This document shows, piece after piece, positions 25,840 to 35,755 of a stretch of DNA of 64,000 bases (positions are counted from its first letter, which is position 1; the number at the start of each line of letters is the position of its first letter). The position numbers and the translations under genes were made by a program. The notes beneath the pieces were generated by a model. The model made no database searches and was not told the DNA's origin. It saw only the letters and a program-made list of their open reading frames with translations. The DNA lies in the IMG/VR virus record IMGVR_UViG_3300008255_000007, positions 1 through 64,000 of that record; one strand, given 5' to 3'. This stretch comes from a virus (taxonomy: Duplodnaviria; Caudoviricetes).

Positions 25840-26889
25840 ATGGCCAATAGTAAATTTAAAATCAAAAAAGGTCTTAATTTAGACCCTCAATCAAGTGCAG
25901 CAAACTCCACTACTGGAGATTTAGAGGTTTTAGCCTCAGATCAAAGACTACATTACCATGATGGTTCTCAAGACAGAACTTTAGTAGATCAGAACACAGC
26001 AGAAACTCTTACAAATAAGACTATAGACGCCGACAGTAATACTATTACTAATATAGAAAACGCTGATATTAAAGCACTTGCAGCTATTGACGCTACTAAA
26101 ATAGCAGACGGTAGCGTAGACAATACAGAATTCCAACATCTAGACGGAGCTACTGGAAATATCCAAGCTCAGATAGATGAAAATACACAAGCTATACTAG
26201 ATAATGATGCTGATATCCTAGCACTAGAGTCAAGTAAACAAGATGTAGGCGACTATATAACAGACTTGACAGGAGATGTTACTGCAAGTGGTCCTGGAGC
26301 CGTAGCAGCCACTATAGCTAACGATGCAGTCACTAATGCAAAGTTAAATAACATGGCAGCATGGACCCTTAAAGGCCGTAATAATGCAGCTAGCGGAGAC
26401 CCTGAAGATATAGCAGTAGCAGACTTAACAGAAGACGGTAGTCCAGCTACAGGAGATTTCGCAGTAGTAATGTTATCTACTGGAGAGCTTAGAAAAGTTC
26501 AGTTAGGTAATATTCCAGGAACTGGTGGCACTGGAGGAGGTAGTTATGAAGTATTTGATTCAACTCCTCAAGATATTTCAGCTTCTGGTACGATCACTTT
26601 CTCAGATGAGGCTGCAGAGCAGCTCCAAGTACGCAGAGTACAAGGAGATACAGCTTCTACTGAAATTACAGCTAGTTCTACTCCTTTTGGAACAACACCT
26701 CCTACTAATGATGGAGTAACTATTCGATTAATAGGACAAAGTGATACACAACCACTTAAAATAGTACATAATGATGCCTCAGATGGTGCGGTTCTTAATG
26801 GTGATTGTTTACTTTATAAAAATAGTATGTTAGAATTACAATGGGATGCAACGGCTGACCGTTGGATTGAAGTGGCGAGGTCTAGATAA
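25840..26889 (+). CDS. Tail fibre-like protein
   Basis: LTNKTIDAD, LTGDVTASG and VTNAKL fibre repeats, coiled coil. Confidence 0.75.
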   Translation: MANSKFKIKKGLNLDPQSSAANSTTGDLEVLASDQRLHYHDGSQDRTLVDQNTAETLTNKTIDADSNTITNIENADIKALAAIDATKIADGSVDNTEFQHLDGATGNIQAQIDENTQAILDNDADILALESSKQDVGDYITDLTGDVTASGPGAVAATIANDAVTNAKLNNMAAWTLKGRNNAASGDPEDIAVADLTEDGSPATGDFAVVMLSTGELRKVQLGNIPGTGGTGGGSYEVFDSTPQDISASGTITFSDEAAEQLQVRRVQGDTASTEITASSTPFGTTPPTNDGVTIRLIGQSDTQPLKIVHNDASDGAVLNGDCLLYKNSMLELQWDATADRWIEVARSR

Positions 26890-28853
26890 TGTCAAACGTA
26901 AGAACAATGTTAGCTGACTACCTTTTAGGTACAGGCGATTTAAAACGTAACTATATAAAAAACCCTATAGCTGAAAAGAATATACTTAATATTACAGCTT
27001 CTGGAGCAGTAGTTACTAGAAATACTACTAATCCTTTAACTCAAGATGCAGACATTCAAATTGTAATGGATGCCGTAAATGAATATGCTGAATTTGGAAC
27101 TAATAGCCTAGATCGTGCTATGAAGGGGCAAAACTGCCAAGTTAAGTTTGATTATAAACTAACTAAAGGAGCAGGCGCTACAGTACTAGTTCGTTTAATG
27201 GACGGTTCTGCTATAGCCTCTGAATTAGAGCTTATTGATGAAGCAGATGCTAGACCTGTTTCTATGAATTTTGCATGTTCTGATCCTTCTACAGCAGACT
27301 ACACAGTTAGATTTATTCAAACAGTAGCTACTACTGAATCAATTCTTAACGTGACTAATGTTTATTTAGGTAAAGCTGATAATATCAGTAATATAAATCA
27401 GGCTGAGCTATATACAGAAGCTTATATACAACCAGCCTCTAATTGTACGTATTCTGGAGTATCAGATACTTATGCATCTTTTGGACCAGATACTGATTGT
27501 AATTTCTTATCTATTGAATATGGAAAAGGATCTCCCCCTGATACAAAAATACCAGCAATAAAATACGAGCATCTACCTGCAGGTAGGTACAAAGTAACAA
27601 TGAAATTTCAAGTTCAAAATCCTACATCGAATGGCATATGCTTTTTTAGAATTAACGACGGAGTGTCAAATAAAGGAACCTCCATGCATAGGCAATCAGG
27701 TACTGGAGAGTATACAACACAAGTAGTTTCTGGAGTATTTGAGTATGATACTCCTCAAACAAATAAAAAATTCGAGCTTTTTTACCTAGAACCTGCTGCT
27801 ACAACTTGCACAGTTCCTATAGAAGATACTAATAGAGTTTTTCAACTTACAGTAGAGCGCTACCCTCTAGACTCCCAACAAGTTCTTTCAGTAGATGCTA
27901 GTCAGTGGTTAGTGGATGCTAGTATATCAACTAGTAATGCTGCCATCGATTTAGGATTAGTAGACGTAACTACATATACTGAAATAACTGATTCTGCATT
28001 AACATTAACTAATAATACTTCTAAAGGGTCTACTCCTAGCGTTCAGATACCATGTTCTGGAACAGAAGTTCCAAGTTCTAGTACGTGTGGTGGGGATGAA
28101 TCCTTAGGTATAAGTTTTGAAATAATAAAAACAGGATTATATGAAGTATGTTCGAGTTTTACTCATCAATTTAACTCTACTTCAGGTACGAATGACGCTA
28201 CTTTTCAACTAGTAGAAACTCCAACTGATGCTCAGACCATTTTACAATACGGAGGAGGTATGGCCTCTACTAGGTCTTCTGTTGGTGGAAATATAGGATT
28301 TCCTGTAAAAACTTGTGGAACTTTTAATTTTAATAGCGTAGGTAGGAAAGTAATAAGAGTTATGTATGAGCAAAATGAAGCTACTACATTAGCTAATTCC
28401 TTTTTATTAATAAATAAAACAGACACTAATGCAGGAGATAGAGAAGCTTTTTTTACAGTACGTCCTATTACTCAAAATCAGCCAGCAGTAGTACTAGCTA
28501 ATAGTGTTAGTAGTAATGGAACAGGCCCTTTTAGGATTGAGAGCGTTACTTTTGGTGGAGCAAGTGCAGCTACTTCCTGTACTTCAACTCCATGTACTCT
28601 TTATAATGAAACTGGATCATGGGTAAGTAGCGTAGCTAGAAATGCTATAGGCGACTATACTTTAAATATTATTTCTGGAATTTTTAGCAGTGCTCCTAAT
28701 TGTGTAATTATGCCTTCTGAAGGAAGAGATATTGGACTAGATGCAATTTCTACAGCAACTGATGTTAGTTTTAAAGCTAGAGAAAACGCCTCTAATACGG
28801 ATGGAGATACATTCGGAGTAATTATGTGCATGGGCTTAAAAGGAAACGGATAA
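26889..28853 (+). CDS. Cys-rich tail fibre / receptor-binding protein
   Basis: 654 aa S/T-rich beta-sandwich-like modules with many Cys. Confidence 0.7.
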   Translation: MSNVRTMLADYLLGTGDLKRNYIKNPIAEKNILNITASGAVVTRNTTNPLTQDADIQIVMDAVNEYAEFGTNSLDRAMKGQNCQVKFDYKLTKGAGATVLVRLMDGSAIASELELIDEADARPVSMNFACSDPSTADYTVRFIQTVATTESILNVTNVYLGKADNISNINQAELYTEAYIQPASNCTYSGVSDTYASFGPDTDCNFLSIEYGKGSPPDTKIPAIKYEHLPAGRYKVTMKFQVQNPTSNGICFFRINDGVSNKGTSMHRQSGTGEYTTQVVSGVFEYDTPQTNKKFELFYLEPAATTCTVPIEDTNRVFQLTVERYPLDSQQVLSVDASQWLVDASISTSNAAIDLGLVDVTTYTEITDSALTLTNNTSKGSTPSVQIPCSGTEVPSSSTCGGDESLGISFEIIKTGLYEVCSSFTHQFNSTSGTNDATFQLVETPTDAQTILQYGGGMASTRSSVGGNIGFPVKTCGTFNFNSVGRKVIRVMYEQNEATTLANSFLLINKTDTNAGDREAFFTVRPITQNQPAVVLANSVSSNGTGPFRIESVTFGGASAATSCTSTPCTLYNETGSWVSSVARNAIGDYTLNIISGIFSSAPNCVIMPSEGRDIGLDAISTATDVSFKARENASNTDGDTFGVIMCMGLKGNG

Positions 28854-28890
28854 GCCTTGACTATTATAAAATAGTCTAGTATTATTGCAA

Positions 28891-28962
28891 GTAGTTACTC
28901 GAGGTAATGGAAGCTTCCATTGCTTAGAGGACCTGTCCAGAAATGGGGAGGTCCTCTTTTTT
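28891..28962 (+). ncRNA. Candidate ~70-nt sRNA with intrinsic terminator
   Basis: TTGACT-N17-TATTAT promoter at 28857-28885, 8-bp hairpin, 9-bp terminator stem plus T run. Confidence 0.55.
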
Positions 28963-29000
28963 ATTTGACTTATCTAACCTAAATAATATATTATAGTTAT

Positions 29001-29169
29001 ATGATGCGTGACGGCGTATCTCACTTGGTCCAGTGTTTAGGCTCATCGGTTAGTCGGATACAGACTAAGGCTTTACATAGATTGAGCCAGATCAATCTGT
29101 AGTTTGTAGATCTAAAATGCTACATGGCGCAGCTAGAGTCATCAACTCTTGACGAAGAGTCTGCTTTTT
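29001..29169 (+). ncRNA. Candidate ~165-nt multi-hairpin RNA (alternative: 33-aa leaderless ORF at 29001-29102)
   Basis: TTGACT-N18-TATTAT promoter at 28965-28994; at least four hairpins; ends in T run. Confidence 0.45.
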
Positions 29170-29173
29170 AATT

Positions 29174-29539
29174 ATGAAAAAGATAGCAGTAACAGCCATT
29201 AAAACCGTAGTAAAGCAGAATGAATTCGTGATTATATATTGCTACTCTAAACAATGTCAGGTATGTAAAACTTTTACTCCTCTTTTAGAAGAAACTCTTC
29301 TTCCTAAATCAGACATTCCAGCAGTATTCTATAAATTAAATCTACAAGATAAGAGACAGAACCAGGAGCAGTTAAAAGCCTTTGCAGATAATGTCCATCT
29401 AGATTCTATTCCGTTCATGGCTGTGTTTAATCAAGGGAAGTTCATTGGTGCTGATAATTTCAGCAGTGAAGAAGGCTTTCGTAAACTAGAATCAATGATT
29501 AAAATGTTTAAAGAGCGTCAGAATGTCAAGCTTACTTAA
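29174..29539 (+). CDS. Thioredoxin-fold protein
   Basis: CQVC active-site motif, cis-Pro-like SIPF segment. Confidence 0.8.
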   Translation: MKKIAVTAIKTVVKQNEFVIIYCYSKQCQVCKTFTPLLEETLLPKSDIPAVFYKLNLQDKRQNQEQLKAFADNVHLDSIPFMAVFNQGKFIGADNFSSEEGFRKLESMIKMFKERQNVKLT

Positions 29540-29765
29540 AAAAGTACAATACGCTGCTAAAACAGCTAAAGATGTAACTAGTGGTATACTCGATGGAGAA
29601 GAAGTTAAGTGCTCTCCTGAAAAAACTAAAGAACGTAATGAGATTTGTGCAAAGTGCCCTAAGTTGCAGGAATTATTAGGTAGAAGGCAATGTGGAGAGT
29701 GCGGATGCTTTCTAGATTTAAAAGTAACTCTTGAAAAAGCGAAATGTCCGATTTCTAAGTGGTAA
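29523..29765 (+). CDS. Small Cys-rich protein (DUF6171-like)
   Basis: CxxCP...CxxCGC...CPxxKW pattern. Confidence 0.7.
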   Translation: MSSLLKKVQYAAKTAKDVTSGILDGEEVKCSPEKTKERNEICAKCPKLQELLGRRQCGECGCFLDLKVTLEKAKCPISKW

Positions 29766-29781
29766 CAGAACAAATATAATC

Positions 29782-30891
29782 ATGAATAGGAATCAGTTTA
29801 TAAGGCTGGTATTTCAACCTATAGGTTTACTTATACAGCAATTAGTATGGTTTTTATACCCTATCCTAGTGATATTATTTAAATTATTCATAAAAGACAA
29901 GACAGCTATTGCAGTGATGGGAGAACTAGAAGTACAGCAGTATCCTGTAGTATGGGATCTAGATAAGCTCTCAGAGGCCTCAGATGACCTCAGAGACGAT
30001 CTTTATTTAAATGATGATGACAATCATACAGCTATAGTACATGCTCACATGTGGCAATCTGAAGCGTTTAGGGACCGCGGTAGAAGAGCATTAAGTCAAC
30101 TAGTTACTTCTAAAGGGTCTATAGTTCGTAGATATCCAGACGAGACAGCCTGGTATCCAGTTTCTGGAGATTGCTTATCCTCTTGGGTATTTGCTGCAGT
30201 CTTAACTCAGTTTAAAGATCCAAAGGTCATACATAAGGTAGCAGATCATTATATTAAGTCTTCCTTCGGTCTTCAGCACTATAATGCTAAAGTATCAGCT
30301 AGGTGCTCTAATGGAGGTTTAAATCTATGTTTTGATGCCTGGCCTGTAAAAGCCAAGTGGTGGCCTTTTAAATATGGATTTATACAACCAGCGCTAGGAC
30401 CTCAACTCCTAACTACTTTGAGTATATTAGCTCTAGCTGCTAAATCAGGTAATCTTTTAAAGAGGACTTACTATGAGACTATGTATTATAGTACTTTTAT
30501 GCTTTTCCAAGGTCCTTTATTTTTAAAGTGGCCTATAGTTCATACTAAAAAGGATCTATTTTACTATACTCAGCATGTAAGTATGATGAATCTTTATAGT
30601 TTATACAAAATTACAGGAAGTAAAATGTATTTAAAAACTATGAAGACTATATCTGAAGATTTAAGTCCTCATGGAAATATTAATCCATTCTTTTATGCAC
30701 TTAGGTATGATTGTGGAGACTTATCTGAAACTAAAAAACATAAAGCTGAAGAGATTCTAAAACGTATGCCTAGCTGGAACGGTTTCATGTGGCAAGAGAT
30801 TCCAGACGAGTATAACTACTTTCAGAAAGAAAGACCTAGTAAACATCATAACAATGTAGGTGGATTCGTAGCTAGGTTATTCAGAAGGTAA
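29782..30891 (+). CDS. Uncharacterised membrane-anchored protein (likely start MNRNQF at 29782)
   Basis: N-terminal TM, helical aromatic-rich body; preceded by AACAAAT. Confidence 0.7.
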   Translation: MNRNQFIRLVFQPIGLLIQQLVWFLYPILVILFKLFIKDKTAIAVMGELEVQQYPVVWDLDKLSEASDDLRDDLYLNDDDNHTAIVHAHMWQSEAFRDRGRRALSQLVTSKGSIVRRYPDETAWYPVSGDCLSSWVFAAVLTQFKDPKVIHKVADHYIKSSFGLQHYNAKVSARCSNGGLNLCFDAWPVKAKWWPFKYGFIQPALGPQLLTTLSILALAAKSGNLLKRTYYETMYYSTFMLFQGPLFLKWPIVHTKKDLFYYTQHVSMMNLYSLYKITGSKMYLKTMKTISEDLSPHGNINPFFYALRYDCGDLSETKKHKAEEILKRMPSWNGFMWQEIPDEYNYFQKERPSKHHNNVGGFVARLFRR

Positions 30892-31062
30892 ATCTTCATC
30901 TGGTACAATGCGTAAATGACCGTCGAAGTCATAACCACAGCCCTTTAGAAAGTCTTCAAAGTAATCTATTAAATCTGCTAAATGCATGCTGTCTATTTCC
31001 ATCTCATAATCTGCTTTATCATAAACATTAGCAGAGTCTTTTAATTTGGTAAACTTATACAT
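30877..31062 (-). CDS. Small acidic hypothetical protein
   Basis: ORF track. Confidence 0.7.
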   Translation of the reverse strand: MYKFTKLKDSANVYDKADYEMEIDSMHLADLIDYFEDFLKGCGYDFDGHLRIVPDEDLPSE

Positions 31063-31693
31063 CGAGTTTTAAGTACTTAGCTAAGTTATCAATCTTAGTG
31101 TATAACTCTTCTAAGGTTCCTTTATTGTCTATAGCATAATCGAAATTAAAATTATCTAAATCTCTTTCAGAAGGATCAGTAGTGTCTACGGTAGTGAACC
31201 TATTAATTCTTAGAGTATGTATTGGTTTATTAGCTAGTCTACTAAGACTAGAGTATTCAGATTTATATCTAAAATCACTAATTACCACTTTATCTAGTTT
31301 ATTACATTGAGAGCTTACTCTGTTAACCCAGTAATTAGTATCAACTGCTCTATTAACGCTACCTTTTAAGATGCATAAGGCTCTAGGAGTGAAGTAGAAA
31401 TCAGAGTTTCCTGTAGAGGCTATAGTAGAACCATCTAGACGTTTAACCTCATGCTTTAGTAAGTCATGTATCTTTTTTGAAAATGAGTCAAAAGCTTTAA
31501 CAGGATATTGAAGAAGAGGAGCCTCTTTTAAGTCTCTATCATCTAGCCATTCTCTAGGAATATTATACTCATCAGCTACCATGTCTTTTAGGACGCCAGC
31601 AAAGGATAGTTGATTAAAACCATAGACTTCTTTTAGATGAGCAGCCACAGTATCTTTTCCTGAATTCTTCCAAGCGCTAATTAGTAAAATCAT
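31055..31693 (-). CDS. Deoxynucleoside monophosphate kinase
   Basis: P-loop SAWKNSGKDT, LSFAGVLK, VVISDFRY, HxSE-like DPSE. Confidence 0.85.
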   Translation of the reverse strand: MILLISAWKNSGKDTVAAHLKEVYGFNQLSFAGVLKDMVADEYNIPREWLDDRDLKEAPLLQYPVKAFDSFSKKIHDLLKHEVKRLDGSTIASTGNSDFYFTPRALCILKGSVNRAVDTNYWVNRVSSQCNKLDKVVISDFRYKSEYSSLSRLANKPIHTLRINRFTTVDTTDPSERDLDNFNFDYAIDNKGTLEELYTKIDNLAKYLKLDV

Positions 31694-31783
31694 AGAATTT
31701 ATTATAACAAATAAAATTGAAAGTGTAAATGAATAATTAAAAAAGAAAAACTATTAAAATTAATAGTTTATCGGAGTTTGAAG

Positions 31784-31996
31784 ATGCCAGGGTTCATAAA
31801 AGATAAAAAAGATGAAGAAAAGTGGCAAAAAGCTAAGAGAGTCGTAGAGGATCAGTATAGTAAAGCCGGAGGTAAGTCTGAACCTAGTTTTAACGATAGC
31901 GATTGGGCATTAGCTAATCATATCTATCAAAATATGAAAACAAAAGACTCTACTAGATTTAAGAGAGTCAAAGATAAGATAAGAGGGAGGGGTTAA
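31784..31996 (+). CDS. Small ChaB-like helical protein (likely start MPGFIK)
   Basis: EEKWQKAK...WALANHIYQNM pattern. Confidence 0.5.
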   Translation: MPGFIKDKKDEEKWQKAKRVVEDQYSKAGGKSEPSFNDSDWALANHIYQNMKTKDSTRFKRVKDKIRGRG

Positions 31997-32460
31997 TGCC
32001 ATCTAAGTTAGACTTTCAACAGATCATAAAAAAGGTATATGACGCCAACGAAGAAGCTTTAACAGTTACAGGTATTAGTGGAGGTGGAGCAGCCAGTGAT
32101 GTAACCATTACTGATGTTACTGCATCTAATCCATTACCAGTAATCGAAGAGTTTACAGTAATAACAAGCATTGATACTGATAGTGGAAGCATAAATGGAT
32201 CAGCAGGGGCCTTTACTGAAGTAGTAGCTTCTCTAGCCGCAGACTGCGTAATTATAACTCCATATGAAACTACTGGTAAAAAAATAGGAGTCTATACAGG
32301 AGCTGCTGCATCAGAAGTATTGCTTTTTATACTAGGCCCAGGACAGGATACTCCAATGAGGGTAGACTTAGCTGCTGGTACTAGAATAAGTATAAGATCT
32401 ACAGAAGTTACAGGACCTAGTTCAGGTAGTTTAATACTTACTTTTAGTGGGAGATCTTAA
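31996..32460 (+). CDS. Virion structural/decoration protein (KLDFQQIIK family)
   Basis: Beta-rich; N-terminus matches 49559..50089. Confidence 0.65.
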   Translation: MPSKLDFQQIIKKVYDANEEALTVTGISGGGAASDVTITDVTASNPLPVIEEFTVITSIDTDSGSINGSAGAFTEVVASLAADCVIITPYETTGKKIGVYTGAAASEVLLFILGPGQDTPMRVDLAAGTRISIRSTEVTGPSSGSLILTFSGRS

Positions 32461-32464
32461 ATAA

Positions 32465-32938
32465 ATGGCTGCTGTAATATACCAAGGCGATATTGTAAAA
32501 GCCTTAAAAGATGGTATTAAATTAGGAGACGGAGCTACCATTCTATCTGGAAGCTTAGACCCTAGTAGTACTCCAGTATCTGCAGCCGTAGGTGATGTTT
32601 ATATATCTACAAGTACTGGAAAGATATATGTAAAATCAGATTCAGGATTATCTACTAGCTGGGATCAAACTACTACAGTAGCTGACTTGGCATTTGTAGA
32701 TATTTTTGATAATACTGCTGATTGGGGCACTGCAGCAGGAGGTTATTACACCATTACAATAACCCAAGCGACGCACCAAAAAGGAACTAATCCAATAGTA
32801 CAGGTATTTGAAACAAATGGTAGTAGTGACGAATTAATAAATACAGATCTTATCAGCGTAAATACTGATGGAGATGTAAGTTTTAGAGTTAACGAAACAC
32901 CAAACTTGAGATTCTCAGGTAAGGTAGTTATAAAATAA
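32465..32938 (+). CDS. Virion structural protein
   Basis: GDVYIS...GKIYVK fibre-type motif, beta-rich C-terminal module. Confidence 0.65.
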   Translation: MAAVIYQGDIVKALKDGIKLGDGATILSGSLDPSSTPVSAAVGDVYISTSTGKIYVKSDSGLSTSWDQTTTVADLAFVDIFDNTADWGTAAGGYYTITITQATHQKGTNPIVQVFETNGSSDELINTDLISVNTDGDVSFRVNETPNLRFSGKVVIK

Positions 32939-32955
32939 AGGGAGATATAAAATAA

Positions 32956-35097
32956 ATGGCACATAAGTTTAAAGGTGGAGTCCGAGTAGAAGGCTCAGTA
33001 GAGTTACCAAATATAGACTCATCAAGGGCGTTAGAGATTAATGGATCTGGAGAAATTCAATCCAGTACTGTAACCTCAACAGAACTAGGACATTTATCTG
33101 GAGTAACTAGTGCAGTTCAAACTCAATTAGATGGTAAATCAGCAACAGGCCATACTCATGTGGCTGCTGATATTACAGATTTTGATACAGAAGTATCAAA
33201 TAATACAGATGTAGCCGCTAATACAGCAGCTCGTCATGATGCGGTAACTGTCGTAGATAGCTCTGAAATCGACTTTACATTAGTAGGTCAGCAAATTACA
33301 GCCTCTATTGTAGCTTCTTCTATTGATGAGTCTAAGTTAGACGCTTCTGTTAATGCTTCTTTAGATTTAGCAGATTCTGCAAGCCAGCCTGGCCATACAC
33401 ATACAGCTTCTGAAATCACTGACTTTGACGCTGCAGTTACTGGAAACTCTGAAGTTCTAGCTAATAGCGCTGCTAGACATGATGCTGTTACTCTAAATGC
33501 AGATGATGCTACTCAACAAACTTTAAACCTCTTTGGACAAGAAATTCAAGTTAATTTAGCTACTTCTTCTACTGATGGTGCCATGAGTGCTGAAGATAAG
33601 ACTAAATTAGATGGCATTGAAGCCAATGCTACAGCCGATCAATCCGCAGCAGAAGTACCCTTTGCTGCTACTGGAGACTTAGAAGCCACTAACGTACAAG
33701 ACGCTTTAGCTGAATTAGACTCTGAAAAACTAGCACTAGCAGGCGGGACTATGAGTGGCGCTATTGCCATGGCTACTAACAAGATCACAGGTCTTGGAGA
33801 TCCTACAGCAGCTCAAGATGCTGCTACTAAAGCATATGTAGACGCCGTAGCTGAAGGTCTTAAGCCTAAAGAAGCTGTAAGAGTAGCTACTACTGCTGCA
33901 GGAACTCTTGCTTCTAGCTTTGAAGATGGAGATACTGTAGACGGAGTAGTACTTGCTACTGGAGATAGGATCTTAATTAAAGATCAAGTAGACGCTAGTG
34001 AGAACGGTATCTACGTAGTAGCAGCTTCAGGAGCCCCTACTAGAGCCACTGACTTTGACTCGCTAACCCCAATTGATGAGGTTAACGGAGCTTATACAGC
34101 AGTTCAAGAAGGTACTGAAAACGCAGGAAAACTATATGTACAGACCGGAACAGTTTCTACTATAGATACTGACGATATTGATTTCGTATTTTTTAACTCT
34201 ACTACAGGATTAGTAGGTGGAGATGGTATTGACATCTCTGGAAACACTGTTTCTGTAGACCATGATGGCGAAGGTTTAACTTTTGTTTCTAATCAACTAG
34301 CTCTTGAGTTAGATGGATCTACTCTATCTAAGAGTGCCAGTGGCATAAAAGTAGCGGATGCTAGTTTAACAGACGCACAAATTAATGCCTCTGCGGATAT
34401 AGTTTTCTCTAAGATGGAAGCTCTTACTGGAGATAGAGCTGTTATTACTGACGGTTCTGGAGTAGTAACTCAATCTACTGTTACTGCTACTGAGCTTGGA
34501 TATGTATCAGGAGTAACTTCCTCTATTCAAACTCAATTAGACGCTAAAGCTGACGAGAGTATTGAAATTCAAACGGCTGCAGACTCGGGACTTGCTGGAG
34601 GCGGAGACCTTACAGCTAATAGAAGTCTTTCTGTAGATATTACTAATACTACTGAATTAGCTCAAGCTGCCGATGACGCCGATGAGATTTTAATTTGGGA
34701 CGATTCAGCAGGAGCCCTTAGAAAAATTACTAAAGCTAACTTAGTAGGTTCTGTAGATGCTTCCGCTGGTGATATTGAAGAAACTAGCTTCAGTATTGCT
34801 AACAACCAATCAAGTGCTGCAAACGTAACTGGTTTTGCTTTTGCTAACGCAGAAGTACGATCCTTTAAAGCGCATGTTAGTATTGAAGTAGACGCTACTG
34901 CAGATCTATATGAAGTATATGAAATAATGGGAATTCAAAAAGGAGCTTCTTGGGAAATGTCTCAGGTGTCAACTGGAGATGATTCTTTAGTTCTATTTAC
35001 CATTACTTCTGCAGGTCAAGTACAATATACTTCTGCTGATTATGCTGGGTTCTCTAGTGGAGCCATTAAGTTCAGAGCGATTACTACTAGCGTTTAA
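32956..35097 (+). CDS. Long tail fibre protein
   Basis: Repeated VTSTELGHLSGVTS, HTHxAxxITDFD, DAATKAYVD, GDRILIKDQ..ENGIYVV modules. Confidence 0.85.
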   Translation: MAHKFKGGVRVEGSVELPNIDSSRALEINGSGEIQSSTVTSTELGHLSGVTSAVQTQLDGKSATGHTHVAADITDFDTEVSNNTDVAANTAARHDAVTVVDSSEIDFTLVGQQITASIVASSIDESKLDASVNASLDLADSASQPGHTHTASEITDFDAAVTGNSEVLANSAARHDAVTLNADDATQQTLNLFGQEIQVNLATSSTDGAMSAEDKTKLDGIEANATADQSAAEVPFAATGDLEATNVQDALAELDSEKLALAGGTMSGAIAMATNKITGLGDPTAAQDAATKAYVDAVAEGLKPKEAVRVATTAAGTLASSFEDGDTVDGVVLATGDRILIKDQVDASENGIYVVAASGAPTRATDFDSLTPIDEVNGAYTAVQEGTENAGKLYVQTGTVSTIDTDDIDFVFFNSTTGLVGGDGIDISGNTVSVDHDGEGLTFVSNQLALELDGSTLSKSASGIKVADASLTDAQINASADIVFSKMEALTGDRAVITDGSGVVTQSTVTATELGYVSGVTSSIQTQLDAKADESIEIQTAADSGLAGGGDLTANRSLSVDITNTTELAQAADDADEILIWDDSAGALRKITKANLVGSVDASAGDIEETSFSIANNQSSAANVTGFAFANAEVRSFKAHVSIEVDATADLYEVYEIMGIQKGASWEMSQVSTGDDSLVLFTITSAGQVQYTSADYAGFSSGAIKFRAITTSV

Positions 35098-35107
35098 AGG
35101 ATTATAG

Positions 35108-35755
35108 ATGAAAAAAGAAGACATTCAGCTTGCGGCTCTTAAAAACATAAAAGATAAGAACGGTCCTGATTTAGGAGACTATACCAGGACTTTATCTGCT
35201 GATATGCTCCCTTTCGGAGATCAAATAGGCGGTGTTTTAGGCGGAGCTGGAGCCTCTTTAGGTAGATTCGTAGGAGGTCTTCAAGAAGGTGAAGATCTCT
35301 CTACAGCCTTGTCTGAAGGCGCAGGAGCCTTCTCAGAAGGTCGTAGGGACTCAATAGATAGTATAGAGCAGTCTAGAGAAAAGTTACCAGAGAGTGTTCA
35401 AGGAGCTAGTTTAGCTGCTGGCATGCTCATGCCTGGAGGTTTTTCTAAAGCAGGAAAAGCTATGAAGGTTTTAGACGGAGCTAGCGATGCAGGTAAAGCG
35501 GCATTAGCCGCTCAAAAAGCTAAAAGAATGGGCAAGTTTGATAAAGTATCTGATATGATAAGCACAGGGAAAAAAGCAAAAGCAGACGAGCTTTTAGAAA
35601 GAGGTCCTACTAACCTTGGAAAGACACTAAGGAGTAGATCTCCAAGAGACGAATCTTTTATAGAAAGAGTAGCAGGGAGCAAGTACGAAGGACTAGACGA
35701 TGCTTCGAAAGACCTAATAATAGAAAGTGCTATACAAAGAGGAATACTTAAGTAA
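35108..35755 (+). CDS. Putative internal virion protein, partly paralogous to 45689..47767
   Basis: Gly/Ala-rich membrane-like segments similar to ejection-protein N-terminal region. Confidence 0.55.
   Translation: MKKEDIQLAALKNIKDKNGPDLGDYTRTLSADMLPFGDQIGGVLGGAGASLGRFVGGLQEGEDLSTALSEGAGAFSEGRRDSIDSIEQSREKLPESVQGASLAAGMLMPGGFSKAGKAMKVLDGASDAGKAALAAQKAKRMGKFDKVSDMISTGKKAKADELLERGPTNLGKTLRSRSPRDESFIERVAGSKYEGLDDASKDLIIESAIQRGILK

Noticed and set aside
28907-28927. Minigene MEASIA
   Set aside because: GAGG lies too close to the ATG and the ORF is buried in a hairpin
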